The translations under genes and the position numbers were made by a program. Shown here piece by piece: positions 24,179 to 36,480 of a DNA stretch of 64,000 nucleotides. The stretch covers positions 930,001-994,000 of the forward strand of contig NW_027191402.1 of the NCBI RefSeq assembly GCF_041146345.1, given 5' to 3'. The notes beneath the pieces were generated by a model. It did not search any database. It saw nothing but the letters and a program-made list of their open reading frames with translations, and was not told where the DNA came from. Every line of letters begins with the position of its first letter. Within the stretch, counting starts at the first letter, position 1. Source of the DNA: Neodothiora populina. Its lineage: Eukaryota.

Positions 24179-24653
24179 TGTATCCAAGGGCCGCACTGTG
24201 ACAGGTATGGCCTGCTCTTTTCGCGCACGCCGTTATGATACAACGTCAGGTAGTTCCTGGGTTTGCAGAGACAAGCCACCAAGTCTCAAGCAAATACAAG
24301 TGTTCCTCTGATCAATTTGTGATCTTCAATAGCGGCATGTCTTTCACAAGAATATTTATGTCGTCTGGAAATCTTCTGAGTAGAGTGGTCCAAGCGCAAA
24401 ACACCTTCAGACCAGCTCCTTGGCAACCTCGCGTCGCCTACAGTGCTTAGTTTTGTAACAGAATAAACACACGACGTACACTTCAGATCCTGTTAACTCT
24501 CACTCGCACTTGATTGACACCTTGTTAGATCAACTGTACGAGGCTTTTACTGACATTCAACCTGTTGGTAAAGTAATACACTATTTGAGGATATCACAAC
24601 TTCTTTACGAGTTGCGTAACACCCAATTGACCACACCATTCTGACCTGTCATA

Positions 24654-25246
24654 ATGCGCGGACGGGCAAGCCACGCCTTTGCAGGCAATGGCGGCAAAGG
24701 TCTCGGCAAATCAACCAAACGCCATAGGTAGGTCCACTCAAGGTATCGTTGAGCAACTGATGTTCGAACTATCCTTAGGAAGATTCTCAAAGATAATATA
24801 CAAGGTGTAAGAATCGTCTTAGTGTATGCTCCATTAAGCCTGCTAATACCTATCGACAGCCGCCTTGCACGACGTGGAGGAGTCACGCGTATTGCTGCGC
24901 AGATTTACGACGAGATTCGTCTGACGCTGAAGCAGCGCCTGATTGAGGTGAGCATCACCACACCCCCGTTATGAAAATCATGTACTTACTTGTGGAATAG
25001 CTTCTTAAACAAATCGCCAATCTTCTTGGTTCGTCGCTTTTGTCCTATATCAATGCCCTGGGCGATTCTAACCATCTACAGAATCATCAGGGCCGATCGA
25101 CACAGGTCGTAAGACTGTGACGGTCCAAGATGTTGTTTTCGTCCTGAAAAGGATGGGACAGCCTATATACGTATGCTCCGACCTTGATCAACGTTGATAC
25201 GTAGCAACTAACAAAAATTCAGGGCTTTGGCGAGGGCGAACGCTAG
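24654..25246 (+). CDS. Divergent histone H4 variant (H4v-like), six exons
   Basis: Exons 24654-24727, 24779-24823, 24860-24947, 25001-25028, 25082-25170, 25223-25246 give [34 protein letters not shown](VRIVLV)[75 protein letters not shown]; the exon 2 donor is uncertain; absent from the ORF track. Confidence 0.88.
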
Positions 25247-26115
25247 TTGATATGCACAGAAACACGTCTGCAAGTGGCTATGCGTAATGGGTCTGGGCCC
25301 AGTTAAGTAATCGCAAGACTTGACTTGTAACATGGAGACTCGTCACAAAACCGCGCTGACGCAGGCTTGTCAAGTCATTCGCGAAATTGGTCTATCATCT
25401 GCATGAAGGTCTATCTTCCAACAGCGCGACTTGGTTGATTGTGAGATAGAAGGTTGGTGGAATTGAATAAGCACCAGACGTTGCTTGTATAACATACCTT
25501 ATCGACCACCAACAAGAATCTACTTCACTGTGCAAATTCTTCCTAATCAAAACCAGGCCTTCATGCCCGCTCTTGCTCTACATGCGTTGTGTCACATCGA
25601 AAGACAAGTCAAGTTCACATTGGTCATTGCCAGTCTGGATGCCCGATGATTGTCGCACTGTCCCTTATAAACACGCACTTTCAAAATGCCAACCCAGTAT
25701 CCGGTCTGGATTACACAGTAGCTCTTCGCAGGAACGTTGATCGAAGCACGGTAAAATTGTCTAGCTTGGGAAAAGAGAAGTTGCGACGCGGAACTATCGT
25801 GCTGCTCTAAGAATAGATGACACTCACACTTCGGTACAGAAAGTTATACATATACAAGATGGTAAGAGTTAGGACCATGAACATATATTGTCATCTCAAA
25901 CTAAATAGGTTGCAAAGTTGATGTCAGAAACGACAGACCAAGAACGCATAGACGCTCGAACCATCTTCTTTGGCTTGGAGGGGCAGAAATTAACTGCCGC
26001 GTTCGATACTCGGTGAAGATGTTAAAGTCTTGTCAACTTTGTCCCTCGGGCAGTAAGATCAAAGTTAGAAAGTACATTACCGTCCATCGTCTGCGCTTCA
26101 CAGTTTGACAGCATG

Positions 26116-26143
26116 CAAGAACACTGCCTCAAGAACACTGCCT
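26116..26143. repeat. 14-bp tandem duplication
   Basis: CAAGAACACTGCCT x2, exact. Confidence 0.9.
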
Positions 26144-26514
26144 CCTGAGTGTTATCCAGGAGGTTGTTCTAGTAAGTAGGCTGGCCGCCTGACCTTCGCG
26201 CCAACCAATGACATTTGATGCTCTCCATTGCTCTTGCTGCAGCAATGTCATGGACGATGCTAATTCGATGGTAACATGTTCCAGTGGGGTGACCCCGTTC
26301 GAGAGGCGAGAGATGATAGCTTAAGTGTATACTATTGGCCCCTGCTTCAATATATCCATATGCATGAGCTGCGCCATGCTATGCTGGCAGCCTGACTTCG
26401 TAAGATTGTGTATGGCATATGTAGCAGCTTCGCCGTCACCAGGAAACTCTTGGTTCATATATCACTCTCTCAAAAGTATTGTGACCTGACAGTGTCTCGA
26501 CAAGAACAACAGCA

Positions 26515-28819
26515 ATGGAAGTGGTTGGTGGCGTCGCCTCCGTAGTGGGCTTAGCTACTGTAGCTGTGCAAATCGCAGACAGTCTTAAGAAACTGAAAGA
26601 CTTCTGCGATCAGGTAAAAGATGCACCCAAAGAGCTCAGAGACACTCTCATCTATTTGAATCGATTTGAGCAGCACCTCAAGAATGTATCGAGATTCGCG
26701 GACGTGGAAACAGTCTTCTTCAATACCCATAGCATTGGACCTTATGTTTCTTTATGTCAGAAGGCTGCAGAAGAAATTCTTCTAGTCGCCCAGAAAGTTG
26801 AAATCGATTTGACAAACAACAAGAGATGGGCTTCTGTGAAGTGGGTGCTTAGAAAGAGATCTATCCAAGATCTAAACAATAAACTCTTCAAAGCCCTGCA
26901 GTTGCTGGACTCTCAACAAATCCTCCAAATCCTCCAAAGCTTGTAAGTCTCCTGCTGAGAACCAATTTGATCGACGCAGTATGTTGAGAACAGCGCTGAC
27001 AATGGTTAGGCCAACGATTGTGTATGAGGTTCGAAAGACGCAAGAACCGTGCACGACATCACGGGAACTCACGATTGAGAGCCCGCAGCAAGACAAGACA
27101 CTTACGACCACGGTCATGTCTTCTTGCTCAAATGAATTTCGAGGCATCTCTGACCACCCGAGTAGAGTTTCAGTGCAAGGGGTTGCATTCGAGAGCAGAT
27201 ATCGGACGAAGTCGACGAACAAAAGAGCTCGCATCCAATTTCCCGCCTTCATCACTAATACAGTATTCGAGTTTTGCTATTCCCGCTCGCTTACAGGGTG
27301 GAATATAAACCTCAGAAGTTATAGGATTGTCCCCAGCAACTCACTTCTCTTCGAGCTCGCTAAGAGAGGTGATGTAGAGAGTGTGAGGGAATTGATCCAA
27401 ACAGGACAAGCTTCTCCTTGGGATATTGACGAGTATGGCGCAGGCGCGATTGAGTACAGTCTTCAAGGTGATGTCTCTCGTTGCTGCGACTTCTTAGTAT
27501 CTTGGACACGGGGAATAGACCCCACGCCATCAATACGATATCAAAGTCTTAGAGACCTTGCTGCCATGGCAAGGGATAGTCCTGATGATTTTGAAAGGGC
27601 ATTACCCTTTCTCGACCAGGGGACGGAAGATGATCTGAAACGTTCCATGCTATACTATTGCAATTGGTACACACCATGGGCCATCCGTATGATCATGGAG
27701 AGACTTTACCTGCCGCTCTGTGATGGATCTCTGGCTGAAAGGATTTATCTCGCATTTGTTAGCCATATTTGGGTTTACCCCTTGATAACTCCAGATACAA
27801 TGGATAACATTAGCATGGTGTTGGGCTGCGAGCTCGACGAACCTGCCGTATTAGAGACTATCCTGATTGACTCTATGTTCACCACGAAATACTTGAGATT
27901 TCTAGCCATGGCCACCGCTCTCCACGACAAAAACGCAACCCGATATGTGAGGAGCGTCCTCCAGTTCGCCATCGATCATCACATAGATCTTGACGATCTT
28001 CTGGTACCCGGCTTTGGCGGCTCGACGTTGCAGCTTTTCAGTAAATGTTACGGCCACATGACAGTATATCACACGTACCATGAACAAAGAAATTGCGACG
28101 ATGACGGACACGCAAACGCCAGACAGTGCTTTGAAAATGCGCAATTTATTGGTATGCGCCTGTGGTTAGACTGTTTGGCAGAATCAGGGCATGATCTTGT
28201 GTGTCAGGGACGTAAGGAGAACGCAAAGATAAGGAAACGAACCAGCTCATCTCAAAGGCTTGATGAGATATTCAAAGAGGAATTCCTGTTCAGAAAAAAT
28301 CGGCATCTTTTGGGAGGGCTCAAATGCTCTGATGTCATCAAATACGAATATGGACCAAAGCCCAGCGACTGGCGTTATGATTGCACATGGGGATTGGAAG
28401 ATGCAGCTGTGTGGGAGCAATGGTCTCTCGGCTTTTGGCAGATGCTAGAATCACAAGTTCAAACGGTTCCTGGAGCCTGGGATGAGACTTGGGACGATGA
28501 TGATGACAGTTGTATAGATTGCAGCTATTTTAGGCAGAAGCGGTTGGGAAGGAAGTGGTTCCCGCCCCGAAGTTGGCGAGCTAATCAAGCTCGAATGCTC
28601 GCCGACGAAGAAGCGGCTATTTATGGACTGTTGACCACACCCAAGTCGCTTCTACGTAAGTATAAGGAGAGGCTCCGGCGTGGCTGCATCAGGAAGGCGA
28701 TTGACAAGGGAACCTTTTTTTCTCCCGGTTTTTGCGAGTCGAAACAATCATACGCGCCGGTGGAGCAAGTGGAAGAGTACGAAGCTCCGTGGCCAGACAG
28801 CCAGTATTATATGTTATAA
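26515..28819 (+). CDS. Fungal HeLo-like/STAND N-terminal domain protein with ankyrin-like repeat
   Basis: MEVVGGVASVVGLATVAVQIADSLKKLKDFCDQVKDAPKEL N-terminus; 37-nt intron 26943-26979 (GTAAGT..CAG) joins the two ORFs in frame; LFELAKRGDVESVRELIQTGQASPWDIDEYG; C-terminal VPGAWDE. Confidence 0.8.
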
Positions 28820-29304
28820 ATTCTCACTCTCTCGATGTATGACGTCCTTGAATTCTGGACCAGGTACCTTACCTAAATCGATGATGAAAATCAGGTAATC
28901 AACAATCGTTACTATCATTGCAGAGATAGAGAAGCCGCTATAGCTCAGGACGTAGCTAGCAGGGATCGCCAGTTGTAGCATGAGGAAATTGTCTTTGAGT
29001 AGTCTTTGCTAAGAACATGACGATATCTAGTCATATACAGCCATCTTGCACTCATTCGAACTATGATACCCTCCTCTGCGCATGGGTTTCTGGTCCACTC
29101 AATAGAAACATCTGCAGTTGAACTATGGTACATGTGCACGCCCCGTTCAAACCGGCGTCTACGAAACTCATCATAAGAATCGTCTTCATGTATGAAAACA
29201 AGGGGTTTTTGATGGTAGTACTCTTAGGAAGTCATATATGTACAACATGCGTACCAAAGAGATATCTTCGAGGACCAATAACGAAACACCAACACATGTC
29301 TCTT

Positions 29305-30486
29305 TCACGCCCGCACACTCGCAGATCCATCAACAGCAGCCAACCGATCCCCATCGACAGGCGCGACTCCTGCAGACGTCGACCCAGACAAAAGTGGATC
29401 CGTCTCCGTAGGCTCCCCGTCCCCATCCTCTCGCTCATCAACATCATCCTCACCAACAACCTTATTCGTCCTCGAGAAATAAAACGCCATGAGCAAGAGC
29501 GCAGCCTGCAGAGTACCAGTAACGCAGTACACCAGCCACGTACTCCAACCATGCCAGCCGACTCTAAGCCACAGACTGAACGCGAACACAAACGACCCAG
29601 GGACTTGAATCATCATCGTGAGCAGCGACAGCGAATAAACGTGCTTGAGCTTCCACGTCGTCCACAGCTGGGGCACGTATTGGACTATAGAGAGGATACT
29701 GGCCATGATGCCCAGAGTGTTCGCCCAGCTGTAGAGCAGGTCGCGCGAGTTGAGCAGGAATACGGTGCTCAGGATTATGACTGTTAGGAACGTGATGAGG
29801 GTTGTGGCTGCTACGATCACGGCTGATGACTTCTTGGGCATGTCGGGGTCGTGCGGCTCGTCTGGGTGGGTCAGGGCTTTTCGGGGGAAGAAGATTAGGA
29901 AGAGCGCCCATCTTTTTAAGGTGTATATATATTAGTGCTCATATTCAATAGACGAGAGTGGTATAATGACTGCACGATTACTTACATTCCTGTGAAACAA
30001 AGCCATTGCATGCCCACTTGAATCACACCGAGCAGAGCAGCGGCGCAAGCAATACCGGAGATCTTACGGCAGCAAGCCATGTCATTTTGGCTGGTTGGCA
30101 AGACGAAGATACTCGCTGCGGCGAAGATGGAGGATAGAGCACCGAGCAGTACCCACCATGGCGAGAGACCTGCTGATGATGCTCGATGGATAATCTTGTA
30201 GTGCTGAGGGAGGTATGAGCCCAGAATTCCAGCGACTAGGAAGCTACACCAATTATTAGCCATTTTCTCATCTGGGTTTAGCTATAGTAGATCATGATAT
30301 AGTGGCATAGGCAGCAGATTATAGAGGACGCCAAACACCAAAAGACAGACACAGAAGCACGAGAGATGAATAGATTGAGTCTTACACTGAAAGTCCGAAG
30401 CTGAACTTGTTTGGCACTGCTAGATGGCCGCAGTCTAGTTCCTGAGTTGTGGTAAAGACAATTGCTGGGTTCGTGGATGTAGCCAT
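29305..30486 (-). CDS. PQ-loop repeat membrane protein
   Basis: Three exons; SYLPQHYKII..SSAGLSPWWVLLG and QYVPQLWTTWKLKHVYSLSLLTMMIQVPG; C-terminal ETDPLL dileucine-type sorting motif. Confidence 0.92.
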
Positions 30487-30930
30487 TGTCTTGGCGTTCG
30501 ACGTCCAGCCTCCCGGAGGTGTGTTTGAGTGAGTATCTACTATTATTTGCTGATTGATATGAGTCAAACAGAGTATGAGCTTGTGAATGACGCTGATGGG
30601 TGGCAAGAGCAAGTTATCAGACAAGATACGAAGACTACATACAACACACTGTATAGAGCAGAGGACGGTAGAGGTTGAGAGGTGGTTGGCTGCAACGGAT
30701 TTTAGCTACAGTACTTGCCGTTACGAGTCTTAGCGCCGAACTCTAAGCACAAATGCCAAGACACGCATAATCGCGGCGAAACAATTTGGGTCAGCGACTT
30801 AATCTTTTGCGGGGCAGGATTGATATGGATTTTATTGTCCAAAGGTCAGCAAGGGTTCAGAGAGTTCAGATGTGACAGAGGAAGCAGTAGATCTTGTGGA
30901 AAAAGATCATCTGTAAAGAACAAGTCGATC

Positions 30931-33378
30931 ATGTCGACAGCAGCGAGCGTCTTGGATTTGCCACACGGTAAGTTCCTATATCTTCATACCAGAGATGGGC
31001 GCATTGAAAACAGATTGTGCGGGACTGACATTTCACGAATAGAGCTGCTTGTGCTGTGGCACGAACACCGCGTCTATGTCTTGATAGCGCTTGCCGCAGT
31101 GGCGACTGTGGTCAGAGTGTTGGTGGCATATCGTAGTGGACGAAGCAAGGCATCTGCGACTCCACTCGCATCACCTAAGCAGAATGCGACAGACGACAAA
31201 AAACCCATCCTGGAGCTGTTACAAAAGGATAGTGAGAAGGTGGAATTGAGAGATGCGGATCATTTAGTTGATGTTGCCGCTCCTGTCGTTCCCATCAGAG
31301 CTCCTTCCCCAAAGACCAAGGCAGGACCCAAAAGAGTGGCAGGCGTCAAAAAGCGCACAAAGTCAGCCAAGGAAGATGGGCCGCAAACTCCCCAGCAGAT
31401 TCAGCCTCTGATCTTCTTCTACTCGATCGCTGGAGGAACAGAGAGTTATGCAGAGAAGCTCGCAGAGCAGATGGTCAGCCCGGATGACAAGGACTACTTG
31501 AAGCCGCAGGTGCACGACTTGGCCGATACTGATCTCGATGAATTCTTCATTTCACCCCCCAAGGCTCATTCATCAGGCTTGCCAACTAAATACTTCTATC
31601 TTATTTTACTTCCAACCTACAACATCGACACCGAACTCAGCAACTTCATCGACCACTTGCAAGAGACACACAATGATTTCCGAATTGATACCGCATCCTT
31701 GACTGGACTGTTGGGCTATTCTGTGTTTGGATTCGGCGATAAAGAGGGATGGCCAAGTGAGGAAGAGGGCTTCTGCGAGCAGGCCAAGGTTGTCGACAAA
31801 TGGATGGCCAAGTTGACCGCCAGGAAGAGAGCTTTCCCTCTTGGTATGGGCGATGTCAAGAGTGATGCAGTGGAGAGACTCGACGAGTGGAGAACTGGAT
31901 GCATTGATGTGCTGAAAGACTTGGCTGCAGGTAACGGCTTGGGCGAGGGCGTGCCGGGAAGTGGAAACGCGGTAGAGAGTGACGAAGAAGACCTTGAAGA
32001 CGACGAAGACGAAAGCAGCGATGACTCGACCGCAGAGAAAAAGAAAAAGAAGAAGCAAGACGACGCCGCTGACTTGGAAGATCTCGGTAAGTCTGCTTCA
32101 GGAGAAGTTCTTGCCGTTGATTTCACCAACTTTGGAAAGAAATCAAGCAAAATCACGAAAACCCCTGCATCAACGGAGCCAAAGGAGATGGTACCCAAGA
32201 CATCTCCGACTTACACATCATTGACCAAGCAGGGTTATCAGATTGTTGGATCACATTCCGGTGTCAAGATCTGCCGCTGGACCAAGTCTGCCCTGCGAGG
32301 TCGCGGCTCTTGCTACAAGTATTCTTTCTACGGCATCCGCTCACATTTGTGCATGGAGACTACCCCTTCGCTGTCATGCTCGAACAAATGTGTCTTTTGT
32401 TGGCGCCACGGCACAAATCCTGTCGGTACTACCTGGCGCTGGAAGGTCGATCGTCCTGAGATGATTTTTGACGGCGTCAAGGCCGGCCATTACAAGAAGA
32501 TCAAGATGATGAAGGGCGTGCCGGGTGTCCGTGCCGAGCGCTTCGCAGAAGCCATGCGCATCCGACACTGTGCCTTGAGTCTCGTCGGAGAACCCATCTT
32601 TTATCCATATATCAACGAGTTCTTGCGCATGCTTCACGCCGAGCGCATCTCTTCTTTCCTGGTGTGCAACGCTCAACATCCGGATCAACTGGCTACTCTG
32701 GACCACGTCACACAGCTCTACGTCTCTATTGACGCATCCAACAAGGAATCTCTCCGTAAGATTGACCGACCTCTCCACCGCGACTTCTGGGAACGCTTCC
32801 AGCGCTGCCTCGAGATCCTGCGCGAGAAGCGTTTCATCCAGCGCACAGTCTTCCGCCTCACGCTAGTCAAAGGCTTCAACATCGACGAAGAAGCATGCGG
32901 CTACGCAGACCTAGTCGAGAAAGCTTTACCGGGCTTCGTCGAAGTCAAGGGCGTGACATACTGCGGCACGTCGACTTCTTCGTCCGCAGGTCTCAGCATG
33001 AGCAACGTGCCGTTCTACGAAGAAGTCTGCACTTTCGTCGAGGCTCTCGTGCGCGAACTCAACAAAAGGGAATTAGACTATGGAATCGCTGCCGAACACG
33101 CGCATTCCTGCTGTATCCTCATCGCGGACAAGACGCGCTTTTACAAGAACGGGAGATACCACACACTTATTGACTATGAAAGCTTCTTTAACCACTTGGA
33201 GAGCGGCGAGGAGTTTGGTCCTGATGATTATATAGGCGAGGCTACCCCTGAGTGGGCTGTCTGGGGAAGCGGCAACGGAGGATTCAATCCCGAGGATGAA
33301 AGAGTCGATCGAAAGGGAAGGAAGAAGGAGGACGAGAGGGTTAAGGTCAGTGGTGGACGTATCGTGGAGTTGTCATGA
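30931..33378 (+). CDS. TYW1: Radical-SAM tRNA 4-demethylwyosine synthase Tyw1
   Basis: ATG 30931, in-frame 75-nt intron 30968-31042; N-terminal hydrophobic segment, flavodoxin domain (YSVFGFGD), GSHSGVKICRWTK, CSNKCVFC, HCALSLVGEP, VEVKGVTYCG. Confidence 0.97.
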   Translation: MSTAASVLDLPHGKFLYLHTRDGRIENRLCGTDISRIELLVLWHEHRVYVLIALAAVATVVRVLVAYRSGRSKASATPLASPKQNATDDKKPILELLQKDSEKVELRDADHLVDVAAPVVPIRAPSPKTKAGPKRVAGVKKRTKSAKEDGPQTPQQIQPLIFFYSIAGGTESYAEKLAEQMVSPDDKDYLKPQVHDLADTDLDEFFISPPKAHSSGLPTKYFYLILLPTYNIDTELSNFIDHLQETHNDFRIDTASLTGLLGYSVFGFGDKEGWPSEEEGFCEQAKVVDKWMAKLTARKRAFPLGMGDVKSDAVERLDEWRTGCIDVLKDLAAGNGLGEGVPGSGNAVESDEEDLEDDEDESSDDSTAEKKKKKKQDDAADLEDLGKSASGEVLAVDFTNFGKKSSKITKTPASTEPKEMVPKTSPTYTSLTKQGYQIVGSHSGVKICRWTKSALRGRGSCYKYSFYGIRSHLCMETTPSLSCSNKCVFCWRHGTNPVGTTWRWKVDRPEMIFDGVKAGHYKKIKMMKGVPGVRAERFAEAMRIRHCALSLVGEPIFYPYINEFLRMLHAERISSFLVCNAQHPDQLATLDHVTQLYVSIDASNKESLRKIDRPLHRDFWERFQRCLEILREKRFIQRTVFRLTLVKGFNIDEEACGYADLVEKALPGFVEVKGVTYCGTSTSSSAGLSMSNVPFYEEVCTFVEALVRELNKRELDYGIAAEHAHSCCILIADKTRFYKNGRYHTLIDYESFFNHLESGEEFGPDDYIGEATPEWAVWGSGNGGFNPEDERVDRKGRKKEDERVKVSGGRIVELS

Positions 33379-33859
33379 GGTAAAGAACAAGTATGAGCGG
33401 GTCATATACACATTCACCGTAGCCGTACAAAAAGAAGCCATTTCGAAGTGCCAAAAAGCAACGACTGTCTTTTCATGTATCAATACTTGCCTGTATGTGT
33501 GATTCGGGTGTGAGCAATCCGAGCGCCTACCATCTTCACAGATTTTGTGAACCATCTAACCATGTAATAGTCAGTTCACTTCTTAACTCAGCCCAACTCC
33601 CGCTAGTCCAGAGATACAACATATTTACTATGCAGTGATGTTTATCAAATCCTCACAGAGCAAGGTGTCTCAGTGTCGATAAATCGGTACACATATGTAA
33701 CCAACACTATATGCTCCAAACCTCGACATTATCCCATGACCTCTCCAACCCAAAAGACATCTCATACCCTATATCATATATCCCGTCCCGACAACACCCA
33801 AAGCATCATACGAATAAGATGAAAGAGTTGAGAAGAACAAAAAAGAGCAAAAAGTAATG

Positions 33860-33930
33860 TGCATCGACGGGGAGTCGAACCCCGGCCAATCGCTTGGAAG
33901 GCGATTATCCTACCGTTGGACCACCGAAGC
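33860..33930 (-). tRNA. tRNA-Gly(UCC), intronless
   Basis: GCTTCGGTGGTCCAACGGTAGGATAATCGC-CTTCCAA-GCGATTGGCCGGGGTTCGACTCCCCGTCGATGCA; downstream T runs. Confidence 0.95.
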
Positions 33931-34791
33931 TTTTATAGGATTTCATGAAGGGATACATTCTGGTTACTCGAATATATTGCTTGTCTATTCCACTCTCCGC
34001 AGGCATTTATTCACACCAACGTTGTGCTCAAGAGTACTCAACGCACAGGGCTATCATTGAACCCGCTTCATACCCTGTCCTGTCCACGTAGTGTACGTCC
34101 TAGAGTCGTGAGAATTATGCCCAACCAGCAGCACTCGCAGCACCAGTACAAGCACCAGCAGAACCCACCGTCCTTATTCACAGGCACAAAACCCAATAAG
34201 ACAAGAAGAGACAACCCGACCCAACCGAACCCAAGCGAGCGCAAAAGGCACAGACCTACCATCTCCCATCCGAGTAAGGGTCAGAAGCGATCGCAACCCA
34301 AACGCCATCCCGTGCTCGAATCTCGATATCTGAAACGTAGCGAACCACGAAACAACCATCTACCGACCCACTCATCCCGTACAACACCGTGCCGTCCACG
34401 AAAGTACCGTTCGGTTGATGAGAGTACCGCGCGCTAATCGTAGATGATTGTATCGTGTGGCCCATTCGTTGCCCTATTTGAGCCTGTGCTGTGCTGTGCT
34501 GGTGCTTCACTGCTCGGTGTAGCCGATGTGTGGGGCTTGTAGGTATAGATAAGTACCGAAGTAGAAGAGGTATAAGGCACGGGTTGTGCGAGAGTGTATC
34601 TTGTGCGAGAGCACTTCCATAGTACAGCAAGACACGATACGAGACGCGAGTAAGGACCACACGAGCTGCGAGGAAGACGCGACACGAGTAAGAAGCAAAG
34701 CACTCGAGTAAGATTCCCTGTAAACTCAGTATGGTAGAAGACAAATGACCGAGGGGGCGATGACGAGTCTCCATTCTACCTTAATCGCTCA

Positions 34792-34853
34792 TGACATTCT
34801 TGACACTTATGACATTTGTGACAATTGACATCTGACACGGATGACATCTGACA
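34792..34853. repeat. Cluster of eight TGACA motifs at 7-9 bp spacing
   Basis: TGACA at 34792, 34801, 34810, 34819, 34826, 34833, 34842, 34849; includes the duplicated 16-mer TGACATCTGACACGGA. Confidence 0.85.
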
Positions 34854-36480
34854 CGGACAATGCAAGGCCCGATGAAGTGGATCCTTCTAGATCCACATTG
34901 ATTGCGAAGACGGTATCCACATCCACATTCACATCCACAGCCACGTTTTTTATACTAGACGGCAAGTTTTGGTACGCATCACTACCGGTGGAACGCCATT
35001 ACCGAGCAAATGTAATGCAGTCCCACACTACCGGTCGAGTTACAGATACAGTACAGTAATGGACGACTACCGGCTGAGTCTGAGGGTCGGGTAGCGAGTC
35101 ATTCGGTCGAGTGTCATCTCATCATCTTTTTTACTATCATTACGTTACTTGACTTTGCCGTGCTTTGCTCCTGCTTTACTGCTGCTGTAGGTAGTCATGT
35201 AGTCCCGAGGTGGATTGACAAAGCTAGACGAGAAAGATGAAGAGCCGAGTAGAAGGTACTCCTTTCATTCTCTCTCTATCTAGACTATCCCATCTAGATC
35301 TCATCGTCTAGGCTTTACGATCTACTAAAGTCTTCATCTTAGTGTGCAACAACCGGAGAACACTAGAAGAACTTATGCCTAAGCATCTAAGTCGAAAGAA
35401 ACAACTCAAGAGCACCGAAAAACCCCTTGAACGAGTAAATCTAATCAGGAAGAAATAAGATCCGGACTCGAATGACATTTCAATCAAAGCTCATCCTGCA
35501 GTACTTATGTATCTGCTTTGTGTGCCTGTTCGCTTGTGAGTGCTTGCGTCAACGTTTGATATTGTTTGGCCGCCCTCATCTACATAAATTCAATCTGAGC
35601 ACGTGGGCAACTACCTTAGATAAATGATACATTGACGTTATGGAGTAAGGCATCATACATAGACCGTCATATCCTGGTCAGAGGATAACGAATGAATGGA
35701 CATACAGTAGATACAACAACCTATTACTGAGAGTGGTGGAACATTCAAGTCGAGGGGAGCTTGAGGATCCTAGCACTTAGATATACACTTTCATACAAGT
35801 TTCCTCGAGCGCATGAACAAGATACCAGAGTCACGACAGAACAGTGGAGCCACTAAATTGCAAGCAGCGGAGAGATATAATAATTCATCACATCCAGTGT
35901 CTCATAAGAAAGCACTCAAAGACAACAAGAGCGAACGAAGTTTTGCTATTCAACCCCTTCCCTCTCCCCCGTTCTCCTCTCCTCCCCATATCATCATAAG
36001 CTCGGAAACAAAAGCAGTATCAAGAAAAAAAAAACGCAATGACTAAAATACTATAACAAAAGCTATTTTGCGCCCAGCAACCAGCCGTCCACAGAGGAAA
36101 AAAAAACAAAGAAGCTAGCCCACATGAACAAAAAACCGGGGGAATCTAGACTCGATAGCAAGAAAGTAGAAAAAGCCTTACCGAGGATATCAAGAAGAGA
36201 AAGAGAATAAAAAAGGTTTCCTCGGTGAGCGAGTGGTATAGTAGATGAGGGAGTGGACAAAAGAAATAGTAGTCGAAAGAAGTAAAAGGTCCAAACCCGA
36301 CAAGAAAGCGTCGAGGAGATATGAGTGTGGTCTTTTAGTGTTTGTTATCCAACCAAAACCCATGACTCGATCCGTATCCCTTAGACTGTATCAGAAAAAG
36401 AGAAAAGAAAAGAAGCCCTGTCCAAGCGCAAGTTTCCCTTCTTTCCCGTATGTCATACAAAATAGTAAAGGGAGAAAAAA

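Noticed and set aside
29125..29787. 220-aa + strand ORF
   Set aside because: Antisense to the PQ-loop gene's last exon.
30715..30930. N-terminal extension of the TYW1 ORF in the track
   Set aside because: Begins at a TTG in promoter-like sequence; the ATG at 30931 followed by a canonical intron is the better start.
34792..34853. Repeat cluster considered as a CRISPR-like array
   Set aside because: Units are 5 bp with 2-4 bp spacers in a eukaryotic context; no cas genes.
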